A stretch of DNA of 64,000 bases from Amoebidium appalachense (Eukaryota; Protista; Ichthyosporea), in contig CAVNZM010000012.1 in NCBI GenBank assembly GCA_963693365.1, positions 5,468,889-5,532,888 on the forward strand. Reading direction: 5' to 3'. The position numbers were made by a program, and so were the translations under genes. Positions 43,598 through 57,857 of this stretch are shown here, one piece after another. Positions within the stretch are counted from its first letter, which is position 1. Every line of letters begins with the position of its first letter. Below the pieces are notes generated by a model that ran no database searches, was not told the origin of the DNA, and was given only the letters and a program-made list of their open reading frames with translations.

Positions 43598-46500
43598 ACC
43601 CACCCACCCACCACCACCAAAAAAAAAGGCACCATTCTAAGTGGAGGGGGGGGGAAATCCCCCCCTCCCCCTTCCTAAAAAAAAAAATTGAAACAAAAAT
43701 AAGTAAAGTAAATCAGAGTAAAACGATAAAAGATATAAAACACACGTACGTGTAAGGGCAAGTTTACTGTTGTTCTAAAACATACAATTAGACTGAAATC
43801 TGCAGTGTGTACCCGGTTGCTAGGTGCCTATGCATAGTCGGCCTGTTGCCGTTACAGACATACAAGTGTGTGGTATGCCGTGACCCGATGTTCCTAACAG
43901 GGTGTGTGTGTTGTGCAGGTTCGAGAAGCTCAAGGGGTTTGTCAACAACTACCTATTTGACCTCAAGCACAGGCCAAATGCCCTGGACAACTCATCCATA
44001 TGGAGGGGTCTGTTGCCCCCACCCAGCCACACACATGTCATGCATGGGGTCGGGGGCCTGGGGTGTGGTATTGTGTGGTGGTGGTGTGTATGTGTTGGGA
44101 GAGGGTGGGGGGACGAGGGTAGCAGGGCATGGTCTGGCACATGTCTGCCAGAGTGTGAGGTTCATGGTGGGGGGACGAGGGTAGCAGGGCATGGTCTGGC
44201 ACATGTCTGCCAGAGTGTGAGGTTCATGGTGGGGGGACGAGGGTAGCAGGGCATGTTCTGGCACATGCTTGCCAGAGGGTGAGGTTCATGGTGCTTTGGG
44301 GGTTGGCAGGGCCGCTGGACGACTCCCCGCACTCGCTGACGTTGGCGGTTGTGACGCTGACACGGCAGCTGGTGTACTTTGGGTTCTACACGTTCAGGGA
44401 GCTGGAGGGCCTGTCTGAGGTGCTGCTGTGCATCCTCGATGCAGCCAACAAGAGATTTAGAAAGGCTGCACCAGGTCTGCGCGCTGGGCCTGTGAACACT
44501 GGGGGGGCTGGCTTGCAATTCTGATGAGGGGTCCAGGTGTGCCACGGGTGGCCGACCAGGCGGCGGCGCACCGGACCATGTCTGTGCAGTGGGTCAGCAG
44601 CATGCTGGGCAGCAGGGTCCTGGGCCCCCTGTCGGCCAGGCCCAGCAGCACCGGCCGGTCATCCCTCACGGGTAGGCCAGGGCATGCCCTGGTTACGGGC
44701 AGGGAGGGTGTGTGCTGACTGGTTGGCTCCACAGTGTCCCCGGCAGCCAGCCTGGCCTACTCTGGGTCCCTGCTGGACCTGAGTGATGCAGCCAGGCACG
44801 TGGGGGCATGGCCAATGGCCGGTGGTGGGCAGGGCGCTGACCTTTGGTGCAGGGATGAAGCCGTGGACCGGCGGGTGCTGGAGGCCAAACAGCAGATACT
44901 GGAGATATTTGACTTCATCATGGACATGCGCCTGGACCACCGCATATCCCGCCTGCTGGCCGTCTACAAGGTCCATACGCACCCTGCACCCTGCCCTGGC
45001 ATGCCCCCAGCCTGCTCACCCATGAGGCCCACAGGCCGTCAGCACAGAGGTGCAGGGGTGGGTGATGTCGGACGGTTGCAGCCTGAGTGCCAGTGCCAGC
45101 CCCATTCTTGGGGACCGGCTGGGTGTGGACAGCATGTTTGCCACAGCACACGCCACGGCATCGCCCGGCAGCACCCCACCCATGGCGCACAGACTGACTC
45201 CCGAGATCGTCCAGGTGGACACAAACACAGGCGACACCCGGACCCTGCAGGTGTGGCCTCCCCACAGCACCACCCAAGCATGGGGCCTGGCCACTGCATT
45301 TTTCTTCGGCATGTAGCAAACCTAATTGTGAACCACTGACATGGGGTTGCAGCAAGCAGCATCTGTGGACTTCAGCCGAGGGCCACAGCTGCAGGTGCCG
45401 GTGCCAGCAGGCCCACGGCGCAGCTCCAGCCCGCTGCATGCGGCTGCAGGGGGCATGGCCCAGGCCCGGCCTCTGTCGTCGGGGTCGATCCTGGGCCCCA
45501 GTGTGGCCGCTGCTACCCCAATGATCCGCCGCAGCCCCTCCTTTGTCATGCGTACGTGCCTGCCTTCACCAGCCGTCCGTGCGCTGCACCCTCCTGACCG
45601 TCCAACCCCCAGGTGACGGGGCCTATGGCAGCCCAACCAATTCTCCGCTGATGAGCCGGCCTCTAACCCCTGCTGGGCCACTGGGGCTGTCATCCCCAAG
45701 TGTGTCGGCCCTAATAGACCCATTCAGGGCCCCCCTGCTGAGCCGATCAGGACCCATAGGCCACGGTAGGTGCCTGGTCTGGTCGGACTGGGGGGCGGGG
45801 ATTGTGTATTGGGTGCAGGTGTTAGTGCTGGTAATCTGCTATGAGATTGTGTTCCAAAACATGGTGCTGGGGAAGAAGCAGCGAGTGTATGTGGTTCACA
45901 TGGAAGGCTGGTTGCGGTGCAGCAAGGTTGTGGTCTGTGCGTGCATACTCGAACACACTGTGTATCATCATGGCTGGAGCACTGTGCTCTGCATGCAAGA
46001 TGCAGTGTGGCCACTGGAACACTCTGCCTGCGTCTCATACGGGGTGTATTTGGTCATTGGAACACTGTGCTCTGCATGTCGTACATAATAGAGCCCCTGG
46101 AGCACTGTGCTCTGCATGCCACAACTGGTGTTGCCACCAGAACATCGTCACCTGTGCCCCATGCGCAGCGTAGTGCATGGAACACTGTGCTCTGCATGGC
46201 GTATGCAGTGTAGTCAGTCATCGGCTGTGCTCCGTACGGCACACACAATACAGGCAGGGGACAGTGAGCTAACCCGGGTCTGCAGGGCGCACCGACACAC
46301 CGCAGCAGGTATCCAAGGCACAGCAGCTAGTGGATGCCATGGGCAGCATCTACGGGGCATATGTGGCAGACACCCCCCTGGACACCCTGGACCCCAACAT
46401 TGGTGCGTGCTGACCACACCCACATACCAGGGCCCAGTACCCATGTTGCTCACTGGGTGTGCTGCAGGGCGGGCAGTGCAGATGCTGCGGTCGAGCCTGG

Positions 46501-47117
46501 GTGCGGTGGCCAATGAGCGCTACGGGGTGGGGCAGGGCCTGGAGTCCTCAAAGGTGCTGGTGAGGGTGCTGCTGGACCTGTGCATGGTGCGTACCTGTTA
46601 CTTCCTGCAAGGGCCCCTGGGGCCCAGCCGGGCTGCATGCTGACTGTGGGGCAGGACACGAGCCACCCACCTCTGACGTCAGGGGCCATGGGGCTGCTGT
46701 TCCGGCACTTCCACCAGCACATGGAGACATTGGAGGCCATCAAGGCCGTGCAGCTGCTGGTCAGCGAGGTCGATTCGGCTAACTACCGCCGCATAAAGGT
46801 AATGGGGGGGTTGTGGGGTGGGGGGAGGGGGGTCTGACGGGGGGCTGCAGACGGACCTTGATGAGCTGCGGGTGCTGGTGGAGAAGAGTGAGCTGTGGGT
46901 CTACAGCGATGCGAGGGGCCTGGTACGTGGCCCTCAGGGCCCATGCATGGCCAGGCCTGGTTCACAGCGGCACACGCTGGGCTCTGTGAGATTTTGTGCA
47001 GTATGTAGATGGAGAGACGTCCAAAAGCGGGGACATTTGGAGATATATACGGCACACACGCACACTCACCCGCACCCACCCACGTGCACACATGCACCTA
47101 CGCACGCACACACATAT

Positions 47118-47149
<32 letters not shown>

Positions 47150-50100
47150 CACTCTTGGTAGCAGGTAGACTACGGTGCCTGTATTTATGTCTGGATGTAT
47201 GCATAATAGCACACTTGCACAGGCAATTCTCGGGCCACCTGCGTAGGCTGAGGACAAAGTGATTGCAGACAAAGTGGGCTGAATGGGGGGTGTTGTGCAG
47301 GAGGGGGAGGGAGAGGGGGAACCAAGCAAGGCCAAGAGCAAGAGCTGCCTGGAGTCGTGCAACAAGGTGCAGGCCATCTTGGAGCGCCTGACGGCCCTGT
47401 GCAAGGAGACCGGTGCGTGCCGTGGGGCAGAAAATGGCTGTGGGCTGGGGGCTAATGGGTGCGCAGACGAGGGCATCCACTTTGAGAACCAGCGGCTGCT
47501 GCGCAACCTACGGGCCCACATGCACATCCTGGAGCTGCTGCACGTGCCCCACAACGACACAAACCCCCACATGGCCCGCCTCATGACGGTGCGTGCATGG
47601 CCTTGATGGTGTGGCTGGCCGGGCATGTGGCTGACACGGTAGCCAGGCGGCACACGTGTTCCTGCAGTCGTTCTGCATCAACAACCCCACAAACCAGGCC
47701 GTGCTTGCTGGCTGCCTGCAGTTCTTCCTTGAAAACATGAACAGGTACGGCACACAGCACACCAACACGTGCATGTGCCTTTGCCTCGGTGCCACGCTGT
47801 CGCTGTGTGTGCATGCGCTTGCCCGGTTTGATGCTGGGTGTGTCCGTGCTGGTGCCAACAGGTGGGGGTTACAGGTACCCGGTGGCTGGAGACACCATCA
47901 AGCACATCTTCCTCAACAACATCGACCTGTGCAGCTTTATAAATGACAGAGTATGTCTGAGTGCATAGGCGCACACACACACACCCACACACACACTCTT
48001 CCTGATTAACACATGCACACGGAGATATGTATCTCGGGCAGGTGTTTTAAACCACACACAGGAGTATGTAGGCAGTCAGTCATGTGACTGCATGGAGGTG
48101 GTCTTGGGCCACATGTGCTGACAGGTCTGCAGATTGTGCGGCACTTTGTGGAGTTTGCAGAGAAGAAGGGCCGCAATGTGGCGCTGCTGGAGTTCCTCGA
48201 ATGCATCACAATGTACGGATGCCATGGCCAAACAGCCAGTAGGGTGGGCCCCTGCAAGCACGTGCACGCATGAGGCTAACTGGGTGGGCCAGGGTGGACG
48301 GGCAGGTGCTGCGTGCCAACCAGACGCTGGTGGTGGACGTGCTGCAGTCAGGTATGTTTCCTCTGGGGGGGTGCTGGGTCCTAGGGTGTGGGCTGACTGG
48401 TGGGCAGTGGGGGAAGACATGCTGCTACTGGTCAAGGACCTGCCCACGTTCAAGGAGTTTGTGCGCGCCATGGAGGAGGGTATGTGCTGGCCCAGTTTGT
48501 CGTGGGGGGGGGGGGGCAGGGGGGGGGGGGCAGGGGCTGATTGCTCGGGTGGGTATTGCAGGTGAGCCTGTGCGGGAGGGCACCATGGCAGACCCGTACC
48601 CCAGCAAGGTGGCCTACCACGTGGCGCTGGTGCGACTGCTGACTGGCATGTTGCCCTGCCTGCTGGCGTCCTGCGCCACACAGCATCCACACCCGCACAC
48701 ATGCACAATGATGGGTGCTGACCATGGTGGGCAGCATGCACGGTGGAGCGCAACGTGGACACACACATCAAGTGCCAGAGCCTGATCACACTGGACGAGA
48801 TCATCCGCATGGTCACCCACCCGGCCTGCACCCATGCCGTCAAGCAGGCCTACATGGAATTTCTGCGCCACTGCTACCTGGAGGTGCCCCATGAGCTGCA
48901 TGAATCCAGCGCCACCATGCGTGACTCAAACCAGATGTATGCACCCCCCCCCCCCCCCCCCCCCCATGCACAGGGTCCCCACCTGCTGGCTGTGATCTGA
49001 CTGGGTGGTGCAGGGGGCGGCTGGAGCAGCTCTACTACAGCATGGCCCAAGACATGCGTGCCCTGGCCACCCCGACCAGCCCGGCCCCCACGGAGGCCCA
49101 CGTGACTTACGTGTTCACTGGCCTGTTACCATGCCTGGCACTGTTCCTGAACCCAGGCAACAACACCAGCTGCATAGGTGCGTAAGAGACGAGGGTAAGG
49201 GGGCCTGCACGGTGCCGAGTGCCACACGGGGCTGACTGTTTTGCTGCAGTGGTGCCCACCAGCCAGCAGGCCGAACCCCTGATCCGGCTGGGTTGCCAGC
49301 TGGCGCAGCGCACACGGGTGCAGGATGGGCACCTGGAGGACCTGAGGGCCATGCTGGTGGATGCTAGGGCCTATGTAGAGGACTACCTGGACTCACATGA
49401 CCTGGCTGCTCAAGGTGCTTGGCCACGACACATACACATAGTGTGATGTGCATGTGCATGCCGCCATACACACTTACATGGCGTTACATATGAGAACACA
49501 CAAAAACAGAAGAGACACATATCGACCCACTACTTTCTGCAATATGTGCACACACGCAGAGGGAGACAATGCATGCAAATGCGCACATGTCAACCAGTCT
49601 TCATACTTGAGCACTCACAGAGAGAGACAACAAAAGCATTTGGATTTTTGGTCACCCGTCTTTTCTCTTGCACAGTAGCATACCAAGATCACAGCTGACC
49701 AATGATATGCAGTGGACGAGGCCTTGGATGTGTGCCGCAAGAAGATCGGCACGGCCAAAGGTGCCGACTGCTTCAAGGGCATCCTGATCAAGGCCAAGGA
49801 GCGCAAAGGTACCCAGTGCGAGCATCCACCCAGTCTGTTCGCAGGGCCAGGGCTGACAGCTGAGTGGGATGCAGAGGGCCAGCGGCGTGCAGGGGCCATG
49901 GGCAATGGGGCAGACGAGGAGCTGGCACCGACCATTGTGGAGCTACTGGACGAGTATGTGGAGATGCTGGCCACTGAGGTACCACCTGGCCCCACTCATA
50001 TGCCCTGCCACGGTGGCTGCATGCTGACTGGGCCCCAGGTGCAACCCGTGGTGGATGCCGAGCTGTCGGTGCTGACCGAGATCTTCCTGCGCCCCAATGA

Positions 50101-52578
50101 GCTGGCGGGAGTGGCCAGCGACCAGGACAAGGGCCCTGTCACATCGGCGGCACTGCTGCGGGCCCTCATAAAGCACGCAAAGGTAGTGTAGTCATCCCGG
50201 CCATGCACATGTTCTGAGATTGGGCTCTGTTAGTGGTGCATGTTTGGTTTGCACCGCATGCACAGTATCCCCAGCACCCGCTTATGTTTCATGTTTGGCC
50301 TCCTTCCCGACGCCGAGTTACAACCTCAAAAACACAAGATCCAGTTAGACATCGGAGAGAGAACAGACTGGAAAAGTGATGGTGATCAGCAATATAGAGG
50401 ACTCTCGAAACCATACAGTCTAAAGCCTTGCAACGCACAAACGTTGGCACAACAAGACCCTGCCTGAACGCCATGGCACTGGTGACTTTTGGCGATAGCT
50501 TCCTGAATACCCAGGAGTGACCAGACAACGTTCTTATTCTGGCCATTTTGACACTTGGAAGTGCTTGCTGTATTGCTCAAGAAATACAGGGTACGGCTGG
50601 AAGACCATCACCTTAACGGTATTGGCAACCAGCATACACTGTCAGCTCTGTGATGGTCTCTGCAACTTACAACTTCAGAATTGATCTTTTTGTTTATGTT
50701 TTTGAGACCTTGTCTATTCGTGCAGTTTGGAAAGGCTTAAGCACATTTAGTGTTCATTTTGATCAAAAGCTATCAGCAAGCCGTTTGACGTGGGGTCCAA
50801 CCAGAATCACACTACCAACAGGCCGTGATAGTGCAACGCACAAAAGTAAGGCACCAAGGCATGCACGTCAACACGGTAGAGCTAATATCGGTATATAGAC
50901 CACACTGGGTTTCTGTACAATTTCGAAAGGGGAATGCTGGTGGCCAACCCGCCTGTCCTTTGTGTGGGGCAGCACCATGCCTGGGTGGTGCTAATTTGTC
51001 ATGAGAACACCCTGCAGGAGCTGCAGGCCGACAACAAGCAGCTGTGTGCCACATTCCTGACCACCCTGGAGAAGCTCATGGACCCCCCCACATTCACCGT
51101 CTCAGGTGCCCCACCCACCCACCCCATTGGGTGTGTATATGGTGGGGGCCTGTGCTTACTTCTGGTGCTGGCTGCAGGTAACGAGCTGCGCCACGAAGAC
51201 TTCCTGCTATACTTTGGCCATGGGGCCGTGACCGCATACCCAAAGGTGGCCCTACAGGAGCACCTGGACAATGTGCGTGCCACGTGAATGCATGGTCTTT
51301 TTTTTTTTTTTTTTTTTTTTTTAGGGGGGGGGGGGGGGGGAGGCTTAACGGTTGCTGAGGGGGGGTGCCACAGGCAGGGGGCACGGACCTTGTGGTGTCA
51401 CTGGTCAACGGCAACGACGACACAGGCCTGTTTCTGGAGTGCATCCGCTTTGCCGTAGGCATGCTGGATGGCGGCAACACAAACATCCAGCGGGTGTGTG
51501 TCTCCTCCCCCTTGCTGGCGGCCACACAGGGGCCATGCTGACCTGATTCGCAGTCGTTCCACAGCCTGTTTCTGGACAAGCACCATGCGGCACACAAGTT
51601 CTTCAGAGAGATCAACGAGCGCATGCGGCAGGCCCAGAAGAAAATCAAGAGCGGTGTGTACCTGCTGTGGCACTAAAGGGCCAAAGTGGGGTGCTGACGG
51701 GGCCATGCAGGGTTCGAATCCACGGCCACCATGTCGGCCCAGGCCATCCAGCAGGCAGCACTGCTCGAGGCCCTGCTGCGGTTCCTGCAGCTGCTGTGTG
51801 AGAACCACAATGCAGACCTGCAGGTGCACACCGTGCAGGGGGGGGGGGAGAGGGTAGGGGGTGGTGGTGCTGACTCGTTATGCAGAACTACATCCGGCAC
51901 CAGAGCAACCAGCCCGTGTCGGCCAGCTTCAACCTGGTCCTTGCCACCCTGCAGTACCTCGACACTGTCTGTGGCGGCGCTGCTGCCGTAGGGCAACCCT
52001 GCAAGTTGAATGGGTTGCAGGCGGGAAAGGGTTACATGCTCATGATGATGGGCACGCAGGCAGGGGGCATCAAGCAGATGCGGGCACCGCTGATCAACCA
52101 GTGCCTGATCACCCTGACTGAGTTCTGCCAGGGACCCTGCTTCAAGAACCAGGTGCCCCTCCCCACTAATCCGTGGTAATCTAGAAACCATGCAGGCCCC
52201 AGCACCTAGCCATGTGCTATTGAGTGTGGAGCCAGGGTTCATCAGATATCAGGCACGGGGGATCACAGTAATTGACGGGTGTGCATGCAGGAGGTGATAG
52301 CAGCCAGCGATGCACACGGCATCGACATAGTGGGGACACTGGTGACCACAGACCTGCGTAAGGACGTCACCACGACCTATGCTGACCTGGCCTGGCAGCT
52401 GCAGCTCAAGGTGCCCCCCCATCTATGCCCCCTGGCCGCCTGGCCTGGCCCCATGTTGACTGTTGGGGCAGGACAATGCGGCCAAGCTGCTGCTGAGCAT
52501 CATGGAGGGGCGCGACAGCAACGACCTGGCAGACAGGGTCAGCCTGGCCCTCGACCCCCAGGCTCTGGTACCTATACA

Positions 52579-52612
<34 letters not shown>

Positions 52613-55600
52613 CCCCTCCGCGGGTCCATGCATGGTCCGGCACTGACAGTGAGTGCAGCTGCATGCGGTGGTGGGCACCAAAATCCTACACTCGATGTGG
52701 CCCGAGGACCCCAGCGAGCAGGGCGGCATGAGTCCTGGGGACGTGCTTGCTGTGGGCCACAACGTCTACCTGCTGGCCTACACCCTGGCCCAGCACAACC
52801 CTATGCTGCAGCGTGCCCTGGTCCCTCGCCCACCCCCACGGCTGGCTGACGACCACCACCCGGCCAAGGTGCGTCTGCACGGTGGCCCTGCATGGCCAGG
52901 CCCTGGCTGGCACTGACTAGGAGGTGTGGTGGCAGCTTGCGGGTGGGCCGTCAGTGGGTGGGGGCAGCAAGGCCAAGGCAGGGGCAGGCCCCAGCAAGCT
53001 ATCACTTGCGCGAGAGCTGAGCCACAGTGCAAACGACATCTATGATGCCCTGCTGTACTTCCGCAACACCACGAGGCAGATCGAGGTGGTGCGAGACAAC
53101 CACCTGGTCAGGGTGCGTGCCAACCCCATGGCTGGCTGCAGGGCCGGGCCAGGGCACTCATGGCGATAACGTGCAGGTGGCGTTTGCTGTGCCGGCGCTG
53201 GTCGAGTATCTGACCGAGGCCAGCCGGGGGGAGCTCAAGGAGAAGATACAGCCAGACGAGCAGACCAGAAATGCCCCTGACTTCCAGTGCCGCAGTGCCG
53301 ACCTGTACCATGAGGTGGGCCTGGACACTCTGATGGCTCACGCTTTTTTTTAAGAAAGGGGTGGCCGGATCAAATCGGCATGTCACATACAATAAATAAT
53401 GACCTGTTTTAAAGCGTCATGGGATGCAGTCGGGTGGTTCTCGAACAAACAAGCAAAGATTTTCTGTATCTTTCCAAGGTACATACAAAACCCCAGAGAG
53501 TAGTTACGTTTTGGTGGGGATTCATTGGATCGGAGTCCCAGTTGCCGTCAGGGTTCCAGATCCAATTGGAGAAACCTGGCTGTTCTTTCCGTGTCAGTCT
53601 TTTGCAGCTCGTTGGCTCATTGGTGGTAGGAGGACTAAGGTGTGATTGGTGGTGTGGTCATGCCGTGCTCACGCCTTTGCTGCAGATGCTGTGGCAGCAC
53701 CACCTGCAGAAGCAGCGGGTGCAGTTCTGGCTGGCCCGCAACCTGGAGCTGTGGCGCCGCTGGTCCTTCTGGCTGGCCGTGGCCATCAACCTGTGCATCG
53801 TCCTGGCCTTCCCCCTGCAGCGTCAGTGCCCCCCTGTGCACTGGGTGCCATGCAGGCCCCCTCTCACACTTTTGCATGTGCTGCAGAGCCAGCCCAGGAC
53901 CAGCCCGAGGCACCGTGGCCCGTGCTGCTGTGGCCCTTGCAGCTGTTGTCCTGCCGCACCGTGCTGCTGGGTATGTCCCCTGCCCATGAATGCGCCCGTA
54001 CCCTGTGCATGTCCACAGCCTCTGCTGTGGCTGGCCACCGCATTGCACAGCCTGCACAGTGCCTGGCCCCGGGCTGCATGTGGTCTGCTTCACATTGGCC
54101 CGGCTGCACGGTGGCTGACTTGGGCACAGGGCTTGGCTGGCTGGAGCTAGTTGCAGCCACGCTGGTGCTGCTGGCCTATGTGGCCAGCTACGGCAGGGTG
54201 CTGCAGCACAAGGGCAGATTCCCCGACACCATGCTGGTCTACCATGCTTGCTTCCTGGCCACCACTGTGGCTGGCCTGTCCTTCGACAACTTCCTCTACA
54301 GGTGTGTGTGCCCTCTTAGCCTCTCCACACAGGCATGATTTGCTAGGTCGAAAAGCTCGGGGGTATCCGACTCCGACACCAGCAAGTTTGTGTTCTTATG
54401 TAGCATGAAGTTGATTTGTGCCCTTTCAGTCGCTGTTGAACTGCGGTAGAGTTGTTCAGGTTAGGTGGGCCACGCAGACAGATCAATTGGTGCCTGTGTG
54501 AGCAGGCCAAGGCATGGGCACTGACTGTGTTGCAGTGCGCTGCTGCTGGACCTGGTGGTGCGTGAGGACACCCTGCGCAACGTCATCACCAGCGTAACAA
54601 GGAACGGCATGTCCATTGTTCTTACTGCTGTATTTTCCCTGATCCTCATCTACATGTTTGCCATCGTGGGCTTCCTGTTCCTGCGCCAGGTGTGTGTCGG
54701 CTTGGCCTACCCCAGTGGCGGGGGTGCCCACTCTGACGGGGGGGCCTTGCAGGACTTTGTTGTGTCTGTGGGGGACACGGAGGAGCGGCTATGTGACAGC
54801 ATGCTCATGTGCATCGTGACCACGCTGAACCAGGGTGCGTACCCTGCATGCATGCATGCATGGCAGCTGTGGTGTCTGACGGCCAGGGGGGGGGGTGCAG
54901 GGCTGCGCAATGGGGGGGGCATTGGGGATGTGCTGCGCAACCGGTCCAAGGACGAGCCCCTGTACTATGCCCGGGTGCTGTACGACCTGGCCTTCTACTT
55001 CGTGCTGATCATTATTGTGCTCAATCTGATCTTCGGTGTCATCATCGACACATTTGCTGACCTGCGCACAGAGAAGCAGGGCAAGGAGGTGTGTTGCATG
55101 CAGGAAGAGGGGGGAGGGGGGGGAAAGGGGCACGGCGGGGCAGGGCTGATTGGGGGATGGGGCCGCAGGACATGCTGCGCAATACATGTTTCATCTGCGG
55201 GCTGGGCCGGTCCTCGTTTGACAGTGTGCGCACGGTGACGTTTGAGCACCACGTGCAGCACGAGCACAACCTGTGGGACTACCTGGCCTTCCTCGTCCAC
55301 CTGCGCATAAAGGTGTGTGCCCCTCCCTCCCCCCCCCCCCCCCCCCCCCCCACCCACCTACCCCCCAACCCCCACCCCCAACTCCCCACTCCCCTCCCAC
55401 GCCCACGCCCACCCCATGTGTCTCCATGTAGCCTGTCCGTGTATGCTGACTTAGGGCCCAGCCGTCGACCGAGTACACGGGGCCAGAGAGCTATGTGGCG
55501 GGTATGGTGGCTGCTGGGGACCCCGACTGGATGCCAAGGCACCAGGCCCTGTCTCTGGAGACCCACGGGGCTGGGGATGACTCAAAGCTGGCAGCAATGG

Positions 55601-56060
55601 CTGCAAGGGTGGAGGGCCTGGAGGCATCCCTGGCTGATATGCACAGCCTGCTGGTGTGTGCATGGTCATATGCTCATGTTAGCACACACGTGCTTGTGTG
55701 TGCATGCTCCTGTTAGCACACACGTGCTTGTGTGTGCATGCTCATGTTAGCACACACGTGTGTGGTCCATGTGCTGACAGGTGGCCATTGCAGACCGCCA
55801 TGCACGGCACCCTCAAGAAGGCCCTGAGGGACCGCCCAGGCCTGCCGTCTGCCCGGGCATCCATCTCGGGGTTCCCTCACCGCAGCCTGGTGGTGGGTGC
55901 TGCCCGTGCCTGTGTGTACATGCCTGCATGCCCATGTGCTGACCCCTCCTCCTCCCCCCCCCCCCCCCTCCTACCCCCCCAGGGCTGGCAGGATGTGGGG
56001 CACCTGTCTGTCAGCCCAGAAACCAGATCTGGGCCCAGCCTCATGCAGCCCATGCCTTAG
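34236..56060 (+). CDS. ITPR: Inositol 1,4,5-trisphosphate receptor Ca2+-release channel, ~65-70 exons
   Basis: Exon 1 [41 protein letters not shown]; [11 protein letters not shown]; [19 protein letters not shown]; FLRTTGR; [10 protein letters not shown]; QDYRKNQEYIA; LVYFGFY; [17 protein letters not shown]; [13 protein letters not shown]; pore [13 protein letters not shown]; [16 protein letters not shown]; [14 protein letters not shown]; [10 protein letters not shown]. The final two exons and stop are less certain. Confidence 0.95.
35050..35247. repeat. (CA)n-(GA)n-(GAGAGG)n compound microsatellite
   Basis: Directly visible in IP3R intron 2. Confidence 0.93.
35941..36525. repeat. Intronic minisatellite with 25-27-bp units
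   Basis: aacatacaccctcaaattatgaggc-type units grade into about 11 copies of ctactctatgcgcccaacctatacacg. Confidence 0.92.
44104..44293. repeat. Intronic 62-bp tandem repeat, 3 copies
   Basis: ggtggggggacgagggtagcagggcatggtctggcacatgtctgccagagtgtgaggttcat repeated three times. Confidence 0.92.
45975..46198. repeat. Degenerate ~40-bp-period intronic array with conserved 21-bp core
   Basis: tgga(a/g)cactgtgctctgcatg at 45975, 46058, 46098 and 46178, with decayed copies at about 46015 and 46138. Confidence 0.8.
55670..55760. repeat. Intronic 34-bp tandem repeat (~2.7 copies)
   Basis: atgctc(a/c)tgttagcacacacgtgcttgtgtgtgc repeated. Confidence 0.85.
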
Positions 56061-57821
56061 TGCTGGGGTGGGTGCACTGCACGCAATATGCGTATGATAG
56101 GGCCACAGGCTGGCCATGTGTATAGTGGGCCCTGGTGGCCGAAGGAATGAATGACGGCCTGCCCACCGTGTGTGGGCGGCATATGAGAATGTGGGTGTGC
56201 ATGTAATATTGTACGTGCCTGCCAGATGTGTGGCCAAGCGTGCACACGGCCACATGGGAGGTGCATGTCGCCAGCACCACACGGCCAAACCAGCATACAC
56301 TTACGGCACATAGGACTGCCGATATTCTAACGATGTAACATCCCCTAAAAGTGCTTTTCTGTCGTACATGTATTCCCTGAACACTTATTTTCTATCCTAT
56401 GTTGTCCTGGAAAAATAATCCTGCAGGCAGCGTTGGTGCCTCCACTGGGCGTCAAAGTTGGAGTCGAGCGGCCAGGCAATGTAAGAATACTAAGCTTTTA
56501 CGGTTGCCGCGCCACAAAGAACTTAAAAAGTCGCTCCAAAAATGGGTGGCTTGTAAATGTGGAACACCGACCACCATGCTGGCCAGGCCACGGGCACGGC
56601 CAAATGTGCACGGCCACCCAGTAACAGGCGGCACATGCCGGGCGATAGGGTTATGCATTAGCCACTGGCCAGTACACTACGTGTGTTAACCCCATTTGAG
56701 AACGGAACATACGAGGATAAGATGCGGCCAATGGATAACCCCCTTTTAATTTGGTTCGAGTCACTGTTCCCGTAGCATATGAATGCGTGTGTGTGTGTGC
56801 CCAATGGTGTTGTAGGTGTGCACGTGGCGGTACAAAGGGACGGGGAAAGAGGGAGGGGAAGGGGTTGGTTGGGGGGGTCTTGTGACACCGGCGGGTGGGT
56901 CTCTGGGCAATGCATTGGGCTAGTGCCCAGGAGGAATTTAAGGGGGGGGGGGGGGGGGGGGGGGGGGGGAGGGATGAATAGACCTATAGACGCTATAGAT
57001 GTACGTACGTACCATGCACTCAGCCCCACCCCCTCCTCCTTCCCCCGCCCGCCCGCCCTCCCCCGGCCCAACACCTCTTCCATCTTCCCCATCCTTACCG
57101 GGGAAGGGGTGAAAGGCGGGAGTTGCCAGAGGGAGCGTGTGTGTGCTGGGGGGGGGGGGGGGGGGGCACTGAGAAAAAATGCAGGCAAATGCATGGTCTA
57201 GCTAATTCTTTCCTAATTTACATATGTACGTATGCTTCATAGTATTACCACTTGGGATGTGGCGAGAAAAGGCCCAGATACACAGCCACGCATTTTTCCG
57301 GCACCGTTAGCCCTGAAAAGCCAAACGTTAGCAAAATACTACTATAGAATAACAATGCCTGCAATCATGGATACGTAAATGATACGGTTTGGTTCCATTG
57401 ACTCTATGCACATGTGCATGCAGAAAACACACGAACACCAATTGCAGATGGCGCTCCAACTATGGGCGACCTCCATGCAACCATTAATTAAGTGTCTTGT
57501 ATCATTGGCAGACATCCACAGTACACAACAGTATGGGTCTTCAGTGACGGGCCATTATTTGCAGCCAGTGACTTAACCATTTATGACGGACCGTTACATG
57601 TATACTTGTGACGTGTCTACGTGATTATGATTCATAATTCATCCAGGATAGCAATACCAATTTCTACAGCACATGTTTTTCAAATGTTCTCCGGTGCAAA
57701 GTGGCTTGTGCTTTCATCATCCTTTCACCCCCGTCTTCTTGGTTTTCTTCGTGAAGGTTGGAAATGCTGTATAGGTTGTTTATCTTTAACATTTTAAGTG
57801 TACTCCCCCCCCTCCCCCCCC

Positions 57822-57853
<32 letters not shown>

Positions 57854-57857
57854 TTAA

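Noticed and set aside
45975-46198. CRISPR array call
   Set aside because: It lies in a eukaryotic intron, has no cas genes, spacers are only about 19 bp and partly similar, and repeats are degenerate.
50200-50940. Compositionally distinct insert in an IP3R intron (similar ones near 40440-40830 and 53340-53640)
   Set aside because: Possibly transposon debris, but no terminal repeats, TSD or protein motif were identified.
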